From Cyanobacteriota bacterium (GTDB lineage Bacteria; Cyanobacteriota; Cyanobacteriia; Cyanobacteriales; Nostocaceae): a DNA stretch of 64,000 nt. Position 1 is the stretch's first letter, and every line of letters starts with the position of its first letter. Below are positions 1 through 10,465 of this stretch, one piece after another. The DNA lies in assembly GCA_046045965.1 (NCBI GenBank), contig JBJOKS010000020.1, positions 1-64,000 on the forward strand, given 5' to 3'. The notes under the pieces were generated by a model that did no database searches, was not told the DNA's origin, and saw only the letters and a list, made by a program, of their open reading frames with translations. The position numbers and the translations under genes are program-made.

Positions 1-342
1 GGTTTGATTCAATTTGCCGCATTGCTTCCGCGAAGCCACGCCCGCTATTTGTGCCAGTTGCGTCACTTGTTGCAGTACAAAAATACTATAATATAGCGAT
101 CGCCTGTGCCAGTTGCGTAAGTCCTGCGTATTTTACAACAAAATACTGATTAAAAAAGTTAAAATCAGGGAAGTGATAACATCATTACCCTGATTGCAAT
201 ACGCAAATAAAAAAACATTTCAATTAACAAATTATTATCCATCTTCCTCTGTGTCCTCTGCGCCTGGAGCGGTTCGTTAAAAAAAATGGTTTCAAAAAAT
301 TGTAGGATGCGTTACTAACACACCCTACCTATCTTATTTTTC

Positions 343-1749
343 TTAATGTACAGCCCCAGTATGCACAGTTTTCACCCACTTCAAACGCTTGGGACGTACT
401 GACATCCGGGCGGTAGTGCTACTCATCACCACCAACCAATGCAACATATAAAGACTGCCGCGAATGGTTTGCAGAAGTAACACCAAATAATTAGATGTTT
501 TCTGATCTTGGCGTGTTCGCTGTAACCCAGCAAACATCCCTACAAAAGACATCGTTACCGACAAACCAGTTACAGGGGCTAACACAGGTGGACGATGGCG
601 AATTACAGACATTAATAAATCAGGTACTGCTGCTGTGGGAATAATATACATAATCAGCAGGAAAATCAGTAAATCCACGGTTTTTCGCGTCCCCATTCGG
701 TTTTTGAGGATGAGATCCCAGTAATCTAAATAACGCTGATAGCCACCTTCAGCCCAGCGGTTGCGTTGATGCCAAAGGGCGATCGCATTTGTCACACCTT
801 CTTCCTGCACAGGGGGATAGAACATACATTCAATATCCCACTTATCCAAATTCAGGCGAATTGTTAAATCTAAATCATCGGTGATAGTTTCCTCATTCCA
901 ACCACCGCAGCTATCCAAAGCTTGACGGCGGACAAATTGACCATTTCCCCGCAGTTCACCCAGACCACCAATAGCGGTTCTTTGTTGTTGAAACCAAGTA
1001 TCAACAGCCATTTCCGCCATTTGTCCCTTAGTCCAAAAATTCTCCTTAGCGTTGGCGATCGCCTTTCGCACCTGCACCGCCCCCACCTGTTCTTTTTGGA
1101 ACACAGGTACTACCTGTAATAATAAATCTGGGTCAACTTGGGCATCCGCATCAAATACAGCAATGATGTCCCCTTTAGTCATAGGTAACACCTGATTCAA
1201 AGCCCCTGACTTACCGCCAGTAGCATCAGCAGAACGTCTGAGTACCTTGAGGTGCTTGTATTCTTGCTTCAGTTCTGCTAATAACTGCGGTGTGCTGTCC
1301 GTACTATGATCATCAATAATCCAGACCTCATATTCACCATTAGCATATTCCAGACTACAAAGATTCTTGACTAATCGGCCAATAACCGCTTCCTCATTTT
1401 TTGCAGCCACTAAAATAGATACCGAAGGCAAATCTCCCTGTATTTCCTTATGGTGGTGACGGGGTCTAGCAAAAATAATCCTGAAGGCATGAATGCTTAA
1501 AATTGCAGTTAGTCCGAGAATGAAAATAGAACCCCAGGAAACCAAATGTAAAGCGATCGTCCCACTCCAGACTATAGTCAAGACTAGGGCGGCTTTGGGT
1601 CTACGTTGTTGAAACCGGGATGGTAGTAAAGGTACAGTATTTACTTCTTCCACTAACTCCTCTTGTGCCGAAAGGTCAGACATAAGAGAGTTAAGGGGAT
1701 CAGAAGTTTCGTTGTAAGCGTCGTTTTCCGGCCAGGAATTCGCTGGCAT
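343..1749 (-). CDS. mgdA: GT2 glycosyltransferase, monoglucosyldiacylglycerol synthase
   Basis: GT2 motifs DDHSTD, FDADA, TDD and QRNRW, with N- and C-terminal TM helices; 468 aa, as in cyanobacterial MgdA. Confidence 0.85.
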   Translation of the reverse strand: MPANSWPENDAYNETSDPLNSLMSDLSAQEELVEEVNTVPLLPSRFQQRRPKAALVLTIVWSGTIALHLVSWGSIFILGLTAILSIHAFRIIFARPRHHHKEIQGDLPSVSILVAAKNEEAVIGRLVKNLCSLEYANGEYEVWIIDDHSTDSTPQLLAELKQEYKHLKVLRRSADATGGKSGALNQVLPMTKGDIIAVFDADAQVDPDLLLQVVPVFQKEQVGAVQVRKAIANAKENFWTKGQMAEMAVDTWFQQQRTAIGGLGELRGNGQFVRRQALDSCGGWNEETITDDLDLTIRLNLDKWDIECMFYPPVQEEGVTNAIALWHQRNRWAEGGYQRYLDYWDLILKNRMGTRKTVDLLIFLLIMYIIPTAAVPDLLMSVIRHRPPVLAPVTGLSVTMSFVGMFAGLQRTRQDQKTSNYLVLLLQTIRGSLYMLHWLVVMSSTTARMSVRPKRLKWVKTVHTGAVH

Positions 1750-2015
1750 AGTTATTTTGCTTCAAAAACCAGTATTTGTTTAAAGTTTACAGTTTTTAAA
1801 GCAGAAAGCCCACCATTCACAGTTTTTAGAAAAATTACCAATATTTTTCCCGATGTGTGTGAAAACACATAGTTATGGGAATAGTTCCAAAAAACATTGC
1901 TGTTATGAATGAAAATACATGACTATATTTGTCTATATATTGGTTAAATTTTTCCAATACTATTGTTGACAAATCAAGATCCCCAATATTTAGCTAAGTT
2001 AAGGAATTTTCAACC

Positions 2016-2390
2016 ATGTCTATCGACCAACTTCAGCCTGTGAGTCAGCAACAAGCTACTGTTTATCTGCCTTACATCCAGCAAAGCAAACGGAATTTCT
2101 TGCCTTATGCCATCAGTCTTTATCAAAAAGGCTTTGTAGAAGGACACCGCAAAATAGAAGCCAGTGAAAATATTCCCTTCATCGCTACCTGGAACGTTGC
2201 TACCCTACCCTCAGACCTAACTCGTTGCCGCATCCAATTTGATGGCAATGCTGAATTAAGTTATGAAGTGATGATGGGCAGTTATGAGTTTATTAATTTC
2301 TTAATTGAACTCATGGAAAATTATAAACGCCAAAAAATTAGTGATTTTTCTACGGCTTTTTATCGCAAACTACTCCGTGTAGAAGATTGA
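2016..2390 (+). CDS. ebsA: Type IV pilus/biofilm-suppression protein EbsA
   Basis: 124 aa with VYLPY, LPYAISLY and LPSDLTRCRIQFD segments typical of cyanobacterial EbsA. Confidence 0.8.
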   Translation: MSIDQLQPVSQQQATVYLPYIQQSKRNFLPYAISLYQKGFVEGHRKIEASENIPFIATWNVATLPSDLTRCRIQFDGNAELSYEVMMGSYEFINFLIELMENYKRQKISDFSTAFYRKLLRVED

Positions 2391-2393
2391 ATC

Positions 2394-2580
2394 AGGAGGC
2401 AGCAGGGGGCAGGGAGCAGGGGGAGCAGGGGGAGCAGGGGGAGCAGGGGGAGCAGGGGGAGCAGGGGGAGCAGGGGGAGCAGGGGGAGCAGGGGGAGCAG
2501 GGGAAGAAGAATAATTAATGCCCAGTCCCCAGTAAAGAGTCCCCAGTAAAGAGTCCCCAGTAAAGAGTCCCCAGTCCCCA
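2394..2580. repeat. Composite tandem repeat: (AGCAGGGGG)n, a conserved linker, then CCCCAGT/CCCCAGTAAAGAGT STRR
   Basis: About 10 copies of the 9-mer at 2413-2503, then 14-mer and 7-mer units at 2520-2580. Confidence 0.95.
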
Positions 2581-2663
2581 AATAAGCGATTTCTGCGGCT
2601 TCCGCTAAAATTAGGAAACACCTAGCTGGGTTCAACAGACTTTTGAAATTAGGAGTGCATGGC

Positions 2664-3779
2664 GTGCCAACATCTGTTAAACATTTGCTGATTGGATCAG
2701 TAGAGACTTACAGTGGTAAATCCGCAACTGTTCTAGGTTTGTCTCATCAGCTAAAACAAAAAGGACTAGATATAGCTTACGGAAAACCACTGGGTACTTG
2801 TGTGCATACTGCCGATGGAACCGTGGTTGAAGAAGATGTCCAGTTCATTGCTAATAGCCTGAAACTACCAGAAAACCGTGTTGCACCGACTTTATTAGCT
2901 TTGGATGAGGTCAGTGTCCAAAAACGGTTACGTGGTGAAGACAAAACTAATTATCAGCAGTTACTGGTACAGCATTATTTACAAATACCACGGGGTGATT
3001 TGATGCTGTTAGAGGGACCAGGTGATTTACCCGAAGGTAATTTATTTGGTTTGTCTTTACTGCAAGTTGCTGAAGTCTTAGATGGGGGTGTGCTATTGGT
3101 ACATCGTTATAAATCGCTGCTTTCGGTGGAAGCTTTGTTATCTGCCAAGAAACAGATAGGCGATGCCTGCGGCGGGCAACGCCAACGCTTGGTTGGTGTT
3201 GTGATTAATGAAGTTCCCGCCGAACAATTAGAAACTGCTAACAATCTCTTGCGTCCATTTTTGGAAGCTCAGGGAATTCCTGTATTGGCAATGCTGCCTA
3301 AAAGCGACTTGCTGCGTAGCGTCAGCGTGGGAGAACTGGTAAAACAGTTAAAGGCTGAAGTTCTCTGTCGCAGCGATCGCCTGGATTTATTGGTAGAAAG
3401 TTTGGCAATTGGGGCAATGAATGTCAATGCAGCCGTCAAATATTTCCGCAAACGCCGTAATAAGGCAGTAGTCACAGGAGGCGATCGCGTGGAAATTCAG
3501 CAAGCAGCTTTGGAAACTTCTACCCAATGCCTGATCCTCACTGGACAATTACCACCTCCGTCCTTTATCCTTAATCGCGCTGAAGAATTAGAAATCCCAA
3601 TTTTGTCTGTTGATCTCGATACCTTAACCACAGTAGAAATTGTTGACCGCACTTTCGGTCAAGTTCGTGTCCACGAACCTCTAAAAGTAGAGTGCATTAG
3701 CCAATTAATGTCCGAACATTTTGACATTAAACGTTTGTTATCTCAACTGGAAGTGAAACCTGCTGCGGCTTTATCTTAG
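2664..3779 (+). CDS. Phosphotransacetylase N-terminal-like protein (BioD-like plus DRTGG domain)
   Basis: YSGKS P-loop-like motif and VTGGDR (DRTGG) motif; GTG at 2664 preceded by AGGAG. Confidence 0.85.
   Translation: MPTSVKHLLIGSVETYSGKSATVLGLSHQLKQKGLDIAYGKPLGTCVHTADGTVVEEDVQFIANSLKLPENRVAPTLLALDEVSVQKRLRGEDKTNYQQLLVQHYLQIPRGDLMLLEGPGDLPEGNLFGLSLLQVAEVLDGGVLLVHRYKSLLSVEALLSAKKQIGDACGGQRQRLVGVVINEVPAEQLETANNLLRPFLEAQGIPVLAMLPKSDLLRSVSVGELVKQLKAEVLCRSDRLDLLVESLAIGAMNVNAAVKYFRKRRNKAVVTGGDRVEIQQAALETSTQCLILTGQLPPPSFILNRAEELEIPILSVDLDTLTTVEIVDRTFGQVRVHEPLKVECISQLMSEHFDIKRLLSQLEVKPAAALS
3165..3185. mobile_element. 21-nt SDR5-type insertion inside a HIP1 site, in frame within the CDS
   Basis: GCGAT|GCCTGCGGCGGGCAACGCCAA|CGC; removing 21 nt restores GCGATCGC. 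Confidence 0.85.
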
Positions 3780-4026
3780 TCTGAATATTTACCGAAATTA
3801 CTAGTTAATCACTGCCGTAAATCCTACCTTTGAGTTATTCAGGAGCAACCTACTCACTCTCAGATTCTTGGCAAAAACTTACCTCTTGCGTATGTGTTGA
3901 CCGCTCAAATCTTTGTTACTTAACAAAACAATAAAGAAAACGTAGAAATCTGTAACTCTAGTTGGCTTCTGGCCTACACGCTGTTTGGTAGAATATCTGG
4001 GTTGTTTAATCTGATTACCTCCATCT

Positions 4027-4530
4027 TTGAGCCAGTCAACAGAACTCATCAACCTTGATACATTAGCGCAGGAACTGGCGACAATCCAGCAAACAGGTTC
4101 TAAACGAATTGCCTTGTTGGGTTCCCGTCATGTGCCAATTACTCATCAAAATCTCATTGAAATGATGACTTACGCCCTAGTTTTATCGGGTAATCGCATC
4201 ATTACCTCCGGTGCTACAGGTACTAATTCAGCAGCCATCCGGGGAGCAACACGGGCTGACCCGAATTTGCTGACCGTAATCCTACCGCAAAGCCTGGAAC
4301 GTCAGCCCCATGAATCACGCCAGCAACTAGAGCAGGTCATGCATCTAGTCGAAAATCCCAGTAATGATAATCTGTCTTTAGCCGAGGCCAGCTACCTGTG
4401 CAACAAGGAGATTGTCTCCCGTTGTCAGCAACTGATCTGCTTTGCTTTTCACGACAGTCGCACCTTGCTACAAACTTGTGGAGAGGCAGAAGAACAAAGA
4501 AAAGTGGTGACACTGTTCTACTTTGACTAA
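4027..4530 (+). CDS. SLOG/DprA-like (DNA recombination-mediator A family) protein
   Basis: IALLGSR and ITSGATG motifs typical of the DprA/SLOG fold. Confidence 0.75.
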   Translation: MSQSTELINLDTLAQELATIQQTGSKRIALLGSRHVPITHQNLIEMMTYALVLSGNRIITSGATGTNSAAIRGATRADPNLLTVILPQSLERQPHESRQQLEQVMHLVENPSNDNLSLAEASYLCNKEIVSRCQQLICFAFHDSRTLLQTCGEAEEQRKVVTLFYFD

Positions 4531-4666
4531 AGTGAAACGCAGTCTCCACAAAGCTAATGATAGAGATGGGTAATTACCAGTGGGTACTGGGTAATAATTT
4601 ATCTGAATTACTCAGTATCCCTTCACGCTCACTAACCAAAAACTACTACCAATATTTGTTAGCTTA

Positions 4667-5092
4667 ATGTCCCTATTGCAACTGCCTATAGCTATACCTG
4701 CTATTTTTTTGTACTCTATTGCTGCTGCCGCAGTTCTAATTTATGTGCCGTATTTATTTGTAGCTTACGGTCGGGCGCGGGTTGGTTATGATTTATCTGC
4801 CCCTCGTGCTATGTTTGATAAATTGCCTTCTTATGCCCAAAGAGCTACCTGGGCGCATCAAAACTCCTTTGAGGCATTTATGATTTTTGCCGCCGCAGCA
4901 CTAATGGCTTATGTTACAGGTGTGAATTCACTTACATCCGCAATGGCAGCGATCGCCTTTATCCTTGCTCGGTTGCTATACTCGATTTTTTATATTTTGA
5001 ATATACCCATTTTGCGATCGCTCATGTTTGGTATTGGCTCTTTTAGTTCTGCAACCCTCATCTATCTGAGTATTATGCAAATTAGAGGGTAG
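4667..5092 (+). CDS. MAPEG family membrane protein
   Basis: RATWAHQNSFE motif and 3-4 TM helices. Confidence 0.9.
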   Translation: MSLLQLPIAIPAIFLYSIAAAAVLIYVPYLFVAYGRARVGYDLSAPRAMFDKLPSYAQRATWAHQNSFEAFMIFAAAALMAYVTGVNSLTSAMAAIAFILARLLYSIFYILNIPILRSLMFGIGSFSSATLIYLSIMQIRG

Positions 5093-5203
5093 AGAGGAAG
5101 GTGTGTAGGGGTGTAGGGGATAAAATTTACTTCTACCCATTGACCCATTACCCATTACCCATTACCCATTACCAAATTAAACATTTCACAGCTAAAATTT
5201 TCT

Positions 5204-5695
5204 ATGGCTTCTACTTTTTCTTTTGATATTGTCAGCGACTTTGACCGCCAAGAATTAGTCAATGCTATTGATCAAGTGGTACGAGACGTTAAAAGCCGTT
5301 ACGATCTCAAAGACACGCAGACTACTGTTGAGTTAGGCGAAAACAGCATTACTGTAAACACGGACAGCGAAATGACTTTAGATGCTGTACACGGCATACT
5401 GCGCGAAAAAGCCGCTAAACGGAACCTCTCCCAAAAAATCTTTGATTTTGGCAAAGTTGAATCTGCCAGCGGGAACCGCTTGCGTCAAGAAATTACCCTC
5501 AAAAAAGGCATCAGCCAAGAAATCGCCAAACAAATCTCTAAATTGATTCGTGACGAATTCAAAAAGGTGCAAGCCTCAATTCAAGGTGATGCTGTACGGG
5601 TTACAGCCAAAGCCAAAGATGACTTACAAACCGTGATCCAGCGACTAAAACAAGAAGACTTTCCTGTGGCTTTGCAATTCACAAATTATCGTTAG
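5204..5695 (+). CDS. yajQ: YajQ family nucleotide/c-di-GMP-binding protein
   Basis: SFDIVS, RYDLK, QIQGD-like segment and LQFTNYR C-terminus. Confidence 0.95.
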   Translation: MASTFSFDIVSDFDRQELVNAIDQVVRDVKSRYDLKDTQTTVELGENSITVNTDSEMTLDAVHGILREKAAKRNLSQKIFDFGKVESASGNRLRQEITLKKGISQEIAKQISKLIRDEFKKVQASIQGDAVRVTAKAKDDLQTVIQRLKQEDFPVALQFTNYR

Positions 5696-5878
5696 GGACT
5701 GGGGACTCTTTACTGGGGACTAGGGACTGGGGACTAGGGACTGGGGACTGGGCATTAATTATTCTTCTTCCCCTGCTCCCCCTGCTTCCCCTGCCTCCCC
5801 TGCCTCCCCTGCCTCCCCTGCCTCCCCTGCCTCCCCTGCCTCCCCTGCCTCCTGCTCCCTGCTCCTTGCTCCCTGCCT
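5695..5878. repeat. Composite tandem repeat: (GGGGACT)n, linker, (CCCCTGCCT)n; inverted relative to 2394-2580
   Basis: Linker GGGCATTAATTATTCTTCTTCCCCTGCT is the reverse complement of the linker at about 2496-2523. Confidence 0.95.
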
Positions 5879-6436
5879 CTAACTGCGTCCTGCACCGATA
5901 CTGTTTTGAAATGCTGGACGTTGAGAAAATTGCTGAATATAGTTCAATACGGCTGGGTAGGGAGTTAAATCCAGCTTCAGCATGATGGGAATATAAGCGA
6001 GTATAGATCCCACCGCTATATCAGCAACAGTAAATTCATCACCCAGTAAGAAAGGTTGCCGCTCAAAAATTTCATTCAGGGTAGTTAACAAGCGGGGCGT
6101 TTCCTTTTCCCGGTTAGCTTCCACAAAAATTCCGGTAGCTAATGTGGAATTGGCAAATAATACCCACTGGGAAAATATGGAACGTTCCTCTAGAGAAACC
6201 GGATCACCATATTTTTCCGCAAGATACAACAAAATTGCCCCTGATTCCCACAGTACAAAATCACCATCAACAATTGCTGGAACTTTGCCTATGGGATTAA
6301 TTGCTAGGTACTCAGGTTGTCTGTGTTCACCTGCTTTCATATCCAAGAGGACAAATTCGTAGGGAACTTGTAGTTCCTCTAAATACCACTGAATAATTGA
6401 TGCACGGCTAAAAGCGCCACCGTAAAGTTTTAGCAT
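5879..6436 (-). CDS. Glutathione S-transferase
   Basis: INPIGKVPA, ESGAILLYL and FTVADI motifs. Confidence 0.95.
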   Translation of the reverse strand: MLKLYGGAFSRASIIQWYLEELQVPYEFVLLDMKAGEHRQPEYLAINPIGKVPAIVDGDFVLWESGAILLYLAEKYGDPVSLEERSIFSQWVLFANSTLATGIFVEANREKETPRLLTTLNEIFERQPFLLGDEFTVADIAVGSILAYIPIMLKLDLTPYPAVLNYIQQFSQRPAFQNSIGAGRS

Positions 6437-6445
6437 GATTAGTTA

Positions 6446-6925
6446 TTAAAGAACTTTGTGAGTGTGAGAATGTTGTTTAACGTTGTCTTCTTTGCTGACA
6501 ACTCTGGCAGCATTTAGTACCCGCTTGCGTTCTGTAGAATAATTAAAATCTGTTTTGGTTGTACCTGCGGGGATCATTGCTTGGGCTGATTCACGACGCT
6601 TGTAGGTGCGAGCAGCTGAAAATGCCCTTAACACAAATTCATCTCCGAACTGTGCAGACTCTGGGAATCCTGGAGGTAACAAAAGGTTATCACCTGCCAA
6701 TATAGATCCCAGGGTTGTTCCATAGGCGAGCTTATATGACGTAGGAATACCTTTTAAGATAGCTTCCAAAGCGGCTGAGGGAATAGGCTCTATAACTTCA
6801 ATTTGATGCACTTCTCCGTCTTCTTTGTAGAAACACGTTGCCAAACCGATCACAATGTAATCATCGGTTGTCAGGTCTAAAGCTTCTGGATAAGAAATTG
6901 CTGTTGTCATGGGAAATTTACTCAA
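6446..6925 (-). CDS. Conserved cyanobacterial hypothetical protein (start may be 6910)
   Basis: Clean ORF directly upstream of GST on the same strand; normal composition. Confidence 0.75.
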   Translation of the reverse strand: MSKFPMTTAISYPEALDLTTDDYIVIGLATCFYKEDGEVHQIEVIEPIPSAALEAILKGIPTSYKLAYGTTLGSILAGDNLLLPPGFPESAQFGDEFVLRAFSAARTYKRRESAQAMIPAGTTKTDFNYSTERKRVLNAARVVSKEDNVKQHSHTHKVL

Positions 6926-6937
6926 AATTTAAATTTA

Positions 6938-7050
6938 AGGACTGGGGACTCTTTACTGGGGACTGGGGACTGGGGACTGGGAATAGGTTATATATAATTC
7001 TCCCCCTGCTTCCCCTTGTTCCTCTGCCTCCTATTCCTTATCTCTTGCCT
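6938..7050. repeat. Composite GGGGACT / CCCCTG repeat (third copy)
   Basis: GACTGGGGACTCTTTACTGGGGACT followed by degenerate CTCCCCCTG units. Confidence 0.85.
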
Positions 7051-7291
7051 GTTGGCATTCTACCAACTTGTCATTGTGACTACTTGGCTAGTCTTGAAGA
7101 TTGATGGAAATTCTTTCAGGAATTGACCTTAGGAGTGATGTATATATTGTTAGTTTACGGCTTAATTGTTTAAGTAGTTCAAACTTAGTCCTTTAAGCCT
7201 GGACTCCTGAACAAGTGAAACAGTGACTAAACCACTAGCAAGAAGAAACTATACTTTCATTTCACAGAGCAAGTAGCTCAGGTAGGAAGAT

Positions 7292-8017
7292 ATGGATCAT
7301 TACTCGTTTTTTAGTTTTGGTAGTCAGCAAAATCAAATATACAGAGATGATAACAAAAATACTGTATATACACAAAAAAGTGCGGTGAAAGGTAACAGCA
7401 AATCTTCAGTAGATGACAGCTATTTAAGGTCTTGTGCTTTAAAATTAGCTCACAAAGGAGATTATACAGAAGCGATCGCTTTGTTAAACCAACTTATTGA
7501 TAGTCATCCTCAAAATGCAGTTGATTATAACAACCGGGGACTAATTTATTTTCAAAGTGGTGAATGCCAAAAAGCCCTGTGTGATTACAATACAGCGATG
7601 CAGTTAAATCCTAAGTTAGCTAGTGTTTATAATAACAGAGCTAACTGCTATGCGGCTCGTGGGGAGTTAGTCGCAGCACTAGCTGACTATGATCAGGCCT
7701 TGGATTTAAATCCGCGTTATGTTCGTGCTTGGATTAACCGAGGTATTACGTTACGTGATTTGGGACACTATCAGGAAGCAATTGATAATTTTGAGATTGC
7801 ACTGTTGTTTGGTCAGTTACACGGTAACATTTGGGCTGAACGTGGTAGGACTTATCATCTTTGGGGTGACTGGAATTGCGCGATCGCTGATTATTACCGC
7901 GCCCTCACATACATCAACTCTCTGGACACCAATGAGGATGTTTCTGGTTATCGGTTGCGGTTACAAATAGAAAATTGGTTAGATGATTTATTGTTTCCCC
8001 AAAAAACGGAGTGGTAA
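7292..8017 (+). CDS. Tetratricopeptide repeat protein
   Basis: Repeated YNNRG/YNNRA/WINRG TPR motifs. Confidence 0.9.
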   Translation: MDHYSFFSFGSQQNQIYRDDNKNTVYTQKSAVKGNSKSSVDDSYLRSCALKLAHKGDYTEAIALLNQLIDSHPQNAVDYNNRGLIYFQSGECQKALCDYNTAMQLNPKLASVYNNRANCYAARGELVAALADYDQALDLNPRYVRAWINRGITLRDLGHYQEAIDNFEIALLFGQLHGNIWAERGRTYHLWGDWNCAIADYYRALTYINSLDTNEDVSGYRLRLQIENWLDDLLFPQKTEW

Positions 8018-8293
8018 ATTTTTAACACTATCTCCCGAATTTAAGATTGTCCTAATTACCTGGAAAAATGCTATAAATTCCCAATTCAAACTTCAAAATT
8101 CCCAAAAAATTGATTTTTTAAATTTTAATTTCTTGTGTTAATTTTTTGGTAGCGCACCTGTATCTTCGATTTGCCAATAGATGATAACTATAAAACTCTT
8201 CAATAATTAGCTATTAACTATTAGCTATTGGCATCAATAAAAACTGATTTCCTGTTCATAAATAGCTAGAATCAAAAATCATCTCAATTTGTC

Positions 8294-8704
8294 TTAGGGT
8301 GTGGAATCTGATTGTTCAGCACCTTTGGCATCTGGATTAATTAGCACTACCTGCCGCTGACTGGGAGCAAAACGGTATGATTGTTCTTGCCTGATACTGT
8401 GAGCTTGGCTGGGATCAAAGTTGCGGCTAAATTCTGCCCTTAAAGTATTAACACGTCCTTCCATGAGCTTGACTTCTGTATTGATTTCTCGCAACTTATC
8501 TTGCTGTAACCAATGATAAGGCAAAAGCTGAGTTAGGGCTGATACCGCTGCGGTGACAATAACCAAGTTAACGGTGATTTTGGCAGAGGTTTCTAGCGCC
8601 ATGATCTGGTAAGAACGTTGGCGAAGATGTTTTTTCGGTCGAGGTACAGTTCGACGTTGTTTTTCAGGTTGTAGCGGTGGTCTGGATGGTTGAAAGGCGT
8701 TCAT
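8294..8704 (-). CDS. Conserved hypothetical protein, one TM helix plus coiled coil (FtsL/DivIC-like topology)
   Basis: Basic N-terminus, hydrophobic helix ITVNLVIVTAAVSAL, heptad region. Confidence 0.6.
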   Translation of the reverse strand: MNAFQPSRPPLQPEKQRRTVPRPKKHLRQRSYQIMALETSAKITVNLVIVTAAVSALTQLLPYHWLQQDKLREINTEVKLMEGRVNTLRAEFSRNFDPSQAHSIRQEQSYRFAPSQRQVVLINPDAKGAEQSDSTP

Positions 8705-8933
8705 GATGCTAAAAATAGCCTCGCTGATTGAAGGGAAGCACTGTTAAAAGCAAACAGGCGCTAATTGCGACTTCATTTAGCTGCCATATTACTTCATTTT
8801 TTGTAATTTTCTACAAGTATTTAGATGATTAAAAAAATACCTGGCATACGCAGGTACATTATCCTAAGATTCTAGAGATTGTACCCCGTATGGCCAGGTT
8901 TATTTAGTCTTGTTTTCGTGTCACATTTGGCAG

Positions 8934-9029
8934 TTACTTGTAAAGTTCAGTCGCCAAACGCCAAGCCAGAATGCCTGGAATTAAAGCCACAGCTAGAGCA
9001 ATGTACACTTGAGTATCAGATATAGACAT
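8934..9029 (-). CDS. psaM: Photosystem I reaction centre subunit XII (absent from the ORF track)
   Basis: Hand translation MSISDTQVYIALAVALIPGILAWRLATELYK*, with upstream AGGAGG. Confidence 0.95.
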   Translation of the reverse strand: MSISDTQVYIALAVALIPGILAWRLATELYK

Positions 9030-9214
9030 CGTGGAAACCCTCCTAACGTCAAACTAAATGATTAACACTTCGTTTACTACTTTTCCCTGTTTTGCCAAAA
9101 TTGGGGAATATCTTGTTACAAGACGCAACAAAAACATAAGTTGGGGATTGGGGATTGGGAAAGAATTTTCTCCCCCTGCTCCCCCTGCTCCCCTATTCCC
9201 TGTTCCCTAAACCT

Positions 9215-10465
9215 ATGACTTTCTACCTGGGTATTGATTTTGGCACATCTGGCGCAAGGGCGGTAGTGATTGATGATGAGACCAGGATTGTCTCTCAGAT
9301 GCGTCATCCTTGGGCAAATGTTACAGATTGGGTAATTTGCTGGAAGGAGGCTTTATGGAGTCTCCTAGAGGCAATTTCAGGGCAATTGCGGCGAGAAATT
9401 GGGGCGATCGCTATTAACGGTACTTCCTCCACAATCTTGCTCACCGATGCTGCTGGCCAGCCTGTAGATGCACCCCTATTGTACAACGATTCACGGGGAT
9501 CAATGATGCTCAAGGATTTGATCAGTATTGCTCCCCCCCACCACACCGTATTAAGTGCTACTTCTAGCCTAGCCAAACTGTTGTGGATGCAACAATTACC
9601 TACTTTTAGTCAAGCTAGATATTTACTGCATCAAGCTGATTGGTTAGCATTTCTCTTACATGGAAAATTAGGTATTAGCGACTACCACAACGCCTTAAAA
9701 TTGGGTTATGACGTAGAAAAGCTGCAATATCCAGAATGGTTAGAAAAACTACAAATTCCTATCTTTTTACCCCAAGTTTTAACACCTGGTACACCAATCA
9801 GCGAATTAAGTCCAGAAATTGCTGCTAAATTTGGTTTTAGACGTGATTGCTGTGTGTGTGCTGGGACAACAGATAGCATTGCGGCTTTTCTGGCTAGTGG
9901 AGCAAAATTACCGGGAGAAGCAGTAACTTCTTTAGGTTCAACCCTGGTACTTAAACTTTTGAGTCGTACCCGTGTAGAGGATGCAAGATATGGAATTTAC
10001 AGCCATCGCTTAGGTGATTTATGGTTAACAGGAGGAGCTTCTAATACAGGAGGTGCTGTATTAAAACATTTTTTTACTGATGAGGAGTTAGTCAGCTTGA
10101 GTCAAGAAATTGATATATCAAAAACCAGTGAGTTAGATTATTATCCCTTGTTAAAAGAAGGCGATCGCTTTCCCATTAATGATCCCCACCTACCACCAAG
10201 ACTCGAACCCCGGCCAGATGATCCCAGATATTTTTTACATGGCTTGTTAGAAAGTATGGCGCGGATAGAAACAAGAGGATATGAATTATTACAACAGCTA
10301 GGGGCAGATCAATTAAATTATGTTTATACTGCTGGTGGTGGTGCAGCTAATTCCAGTTGGACTGCTATTAGAGCCAAATATTTAAAAGTACCTGTAGTTT
10401 CATCTAAAAACACAGAAGCAGCTTATGGAACTGCTCTTTTAGCGATGCAAGGATTAGGAAGATAA
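9215..10465 (+). CDS. FGGY family carbohydrate kinase (ribulose/xylulose kinase-like)
   Basis: LGIDFGTSGAR, GTTDS and AGGGA motifs; the ORF extension from 9155 is repeat-derived. Confidence 0.9.
   Translation: MTFYLGIDFGTSGARAVVIDDETRIVSQMRHPWANVTDWVICWKEALWSLLEAISGQLRREIGAIAINGTSSTILLTDAAGQPVDAPLLYNDSRGSMMLKDLISIAPPHHTVLSATSSLAKLLWMQQLPTFSQARYLLHQADWLAFLLHGKLGISDYHNALKLGYDVEKLQYPEWLEKLQIPIFLPQVLTPGTPISELSPEIAAKFGFRRDCCVCAGTTDSIAAFLASGAKLPGEAVTSLGSTLVLKLLSRTRVEDARYGIYSHRLGDLWLTGGASNTGGAVLKHFFTDEELVSLSQEIDISKTSELDYYPLLKEGDRFPINDPHLPPRLEPRPDDPRYFLHGLLESMARIETRGYELLQQLGADQLNYVYTAGGGAANSSWTAIRAKYLKVPVVSSKNTEAAYGTALLAMQGLGR

Noticed and set aside
245..282. CTCTGTGTCCTCTGCGCC...GCGGTTCGTTAA element, with an inverted copy at about 50745-50780 and relatives at 19706 and 57348
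   Set aside because: Common dispersed repeat in Nostocales; copies 50 kb apart do not define an element
2360..2635. ORFs with LLP and PPA repeats (2360-2635, 2370-2621)
   Set aside because: Translations of the 9-bp tandem repeat; no coding evidence
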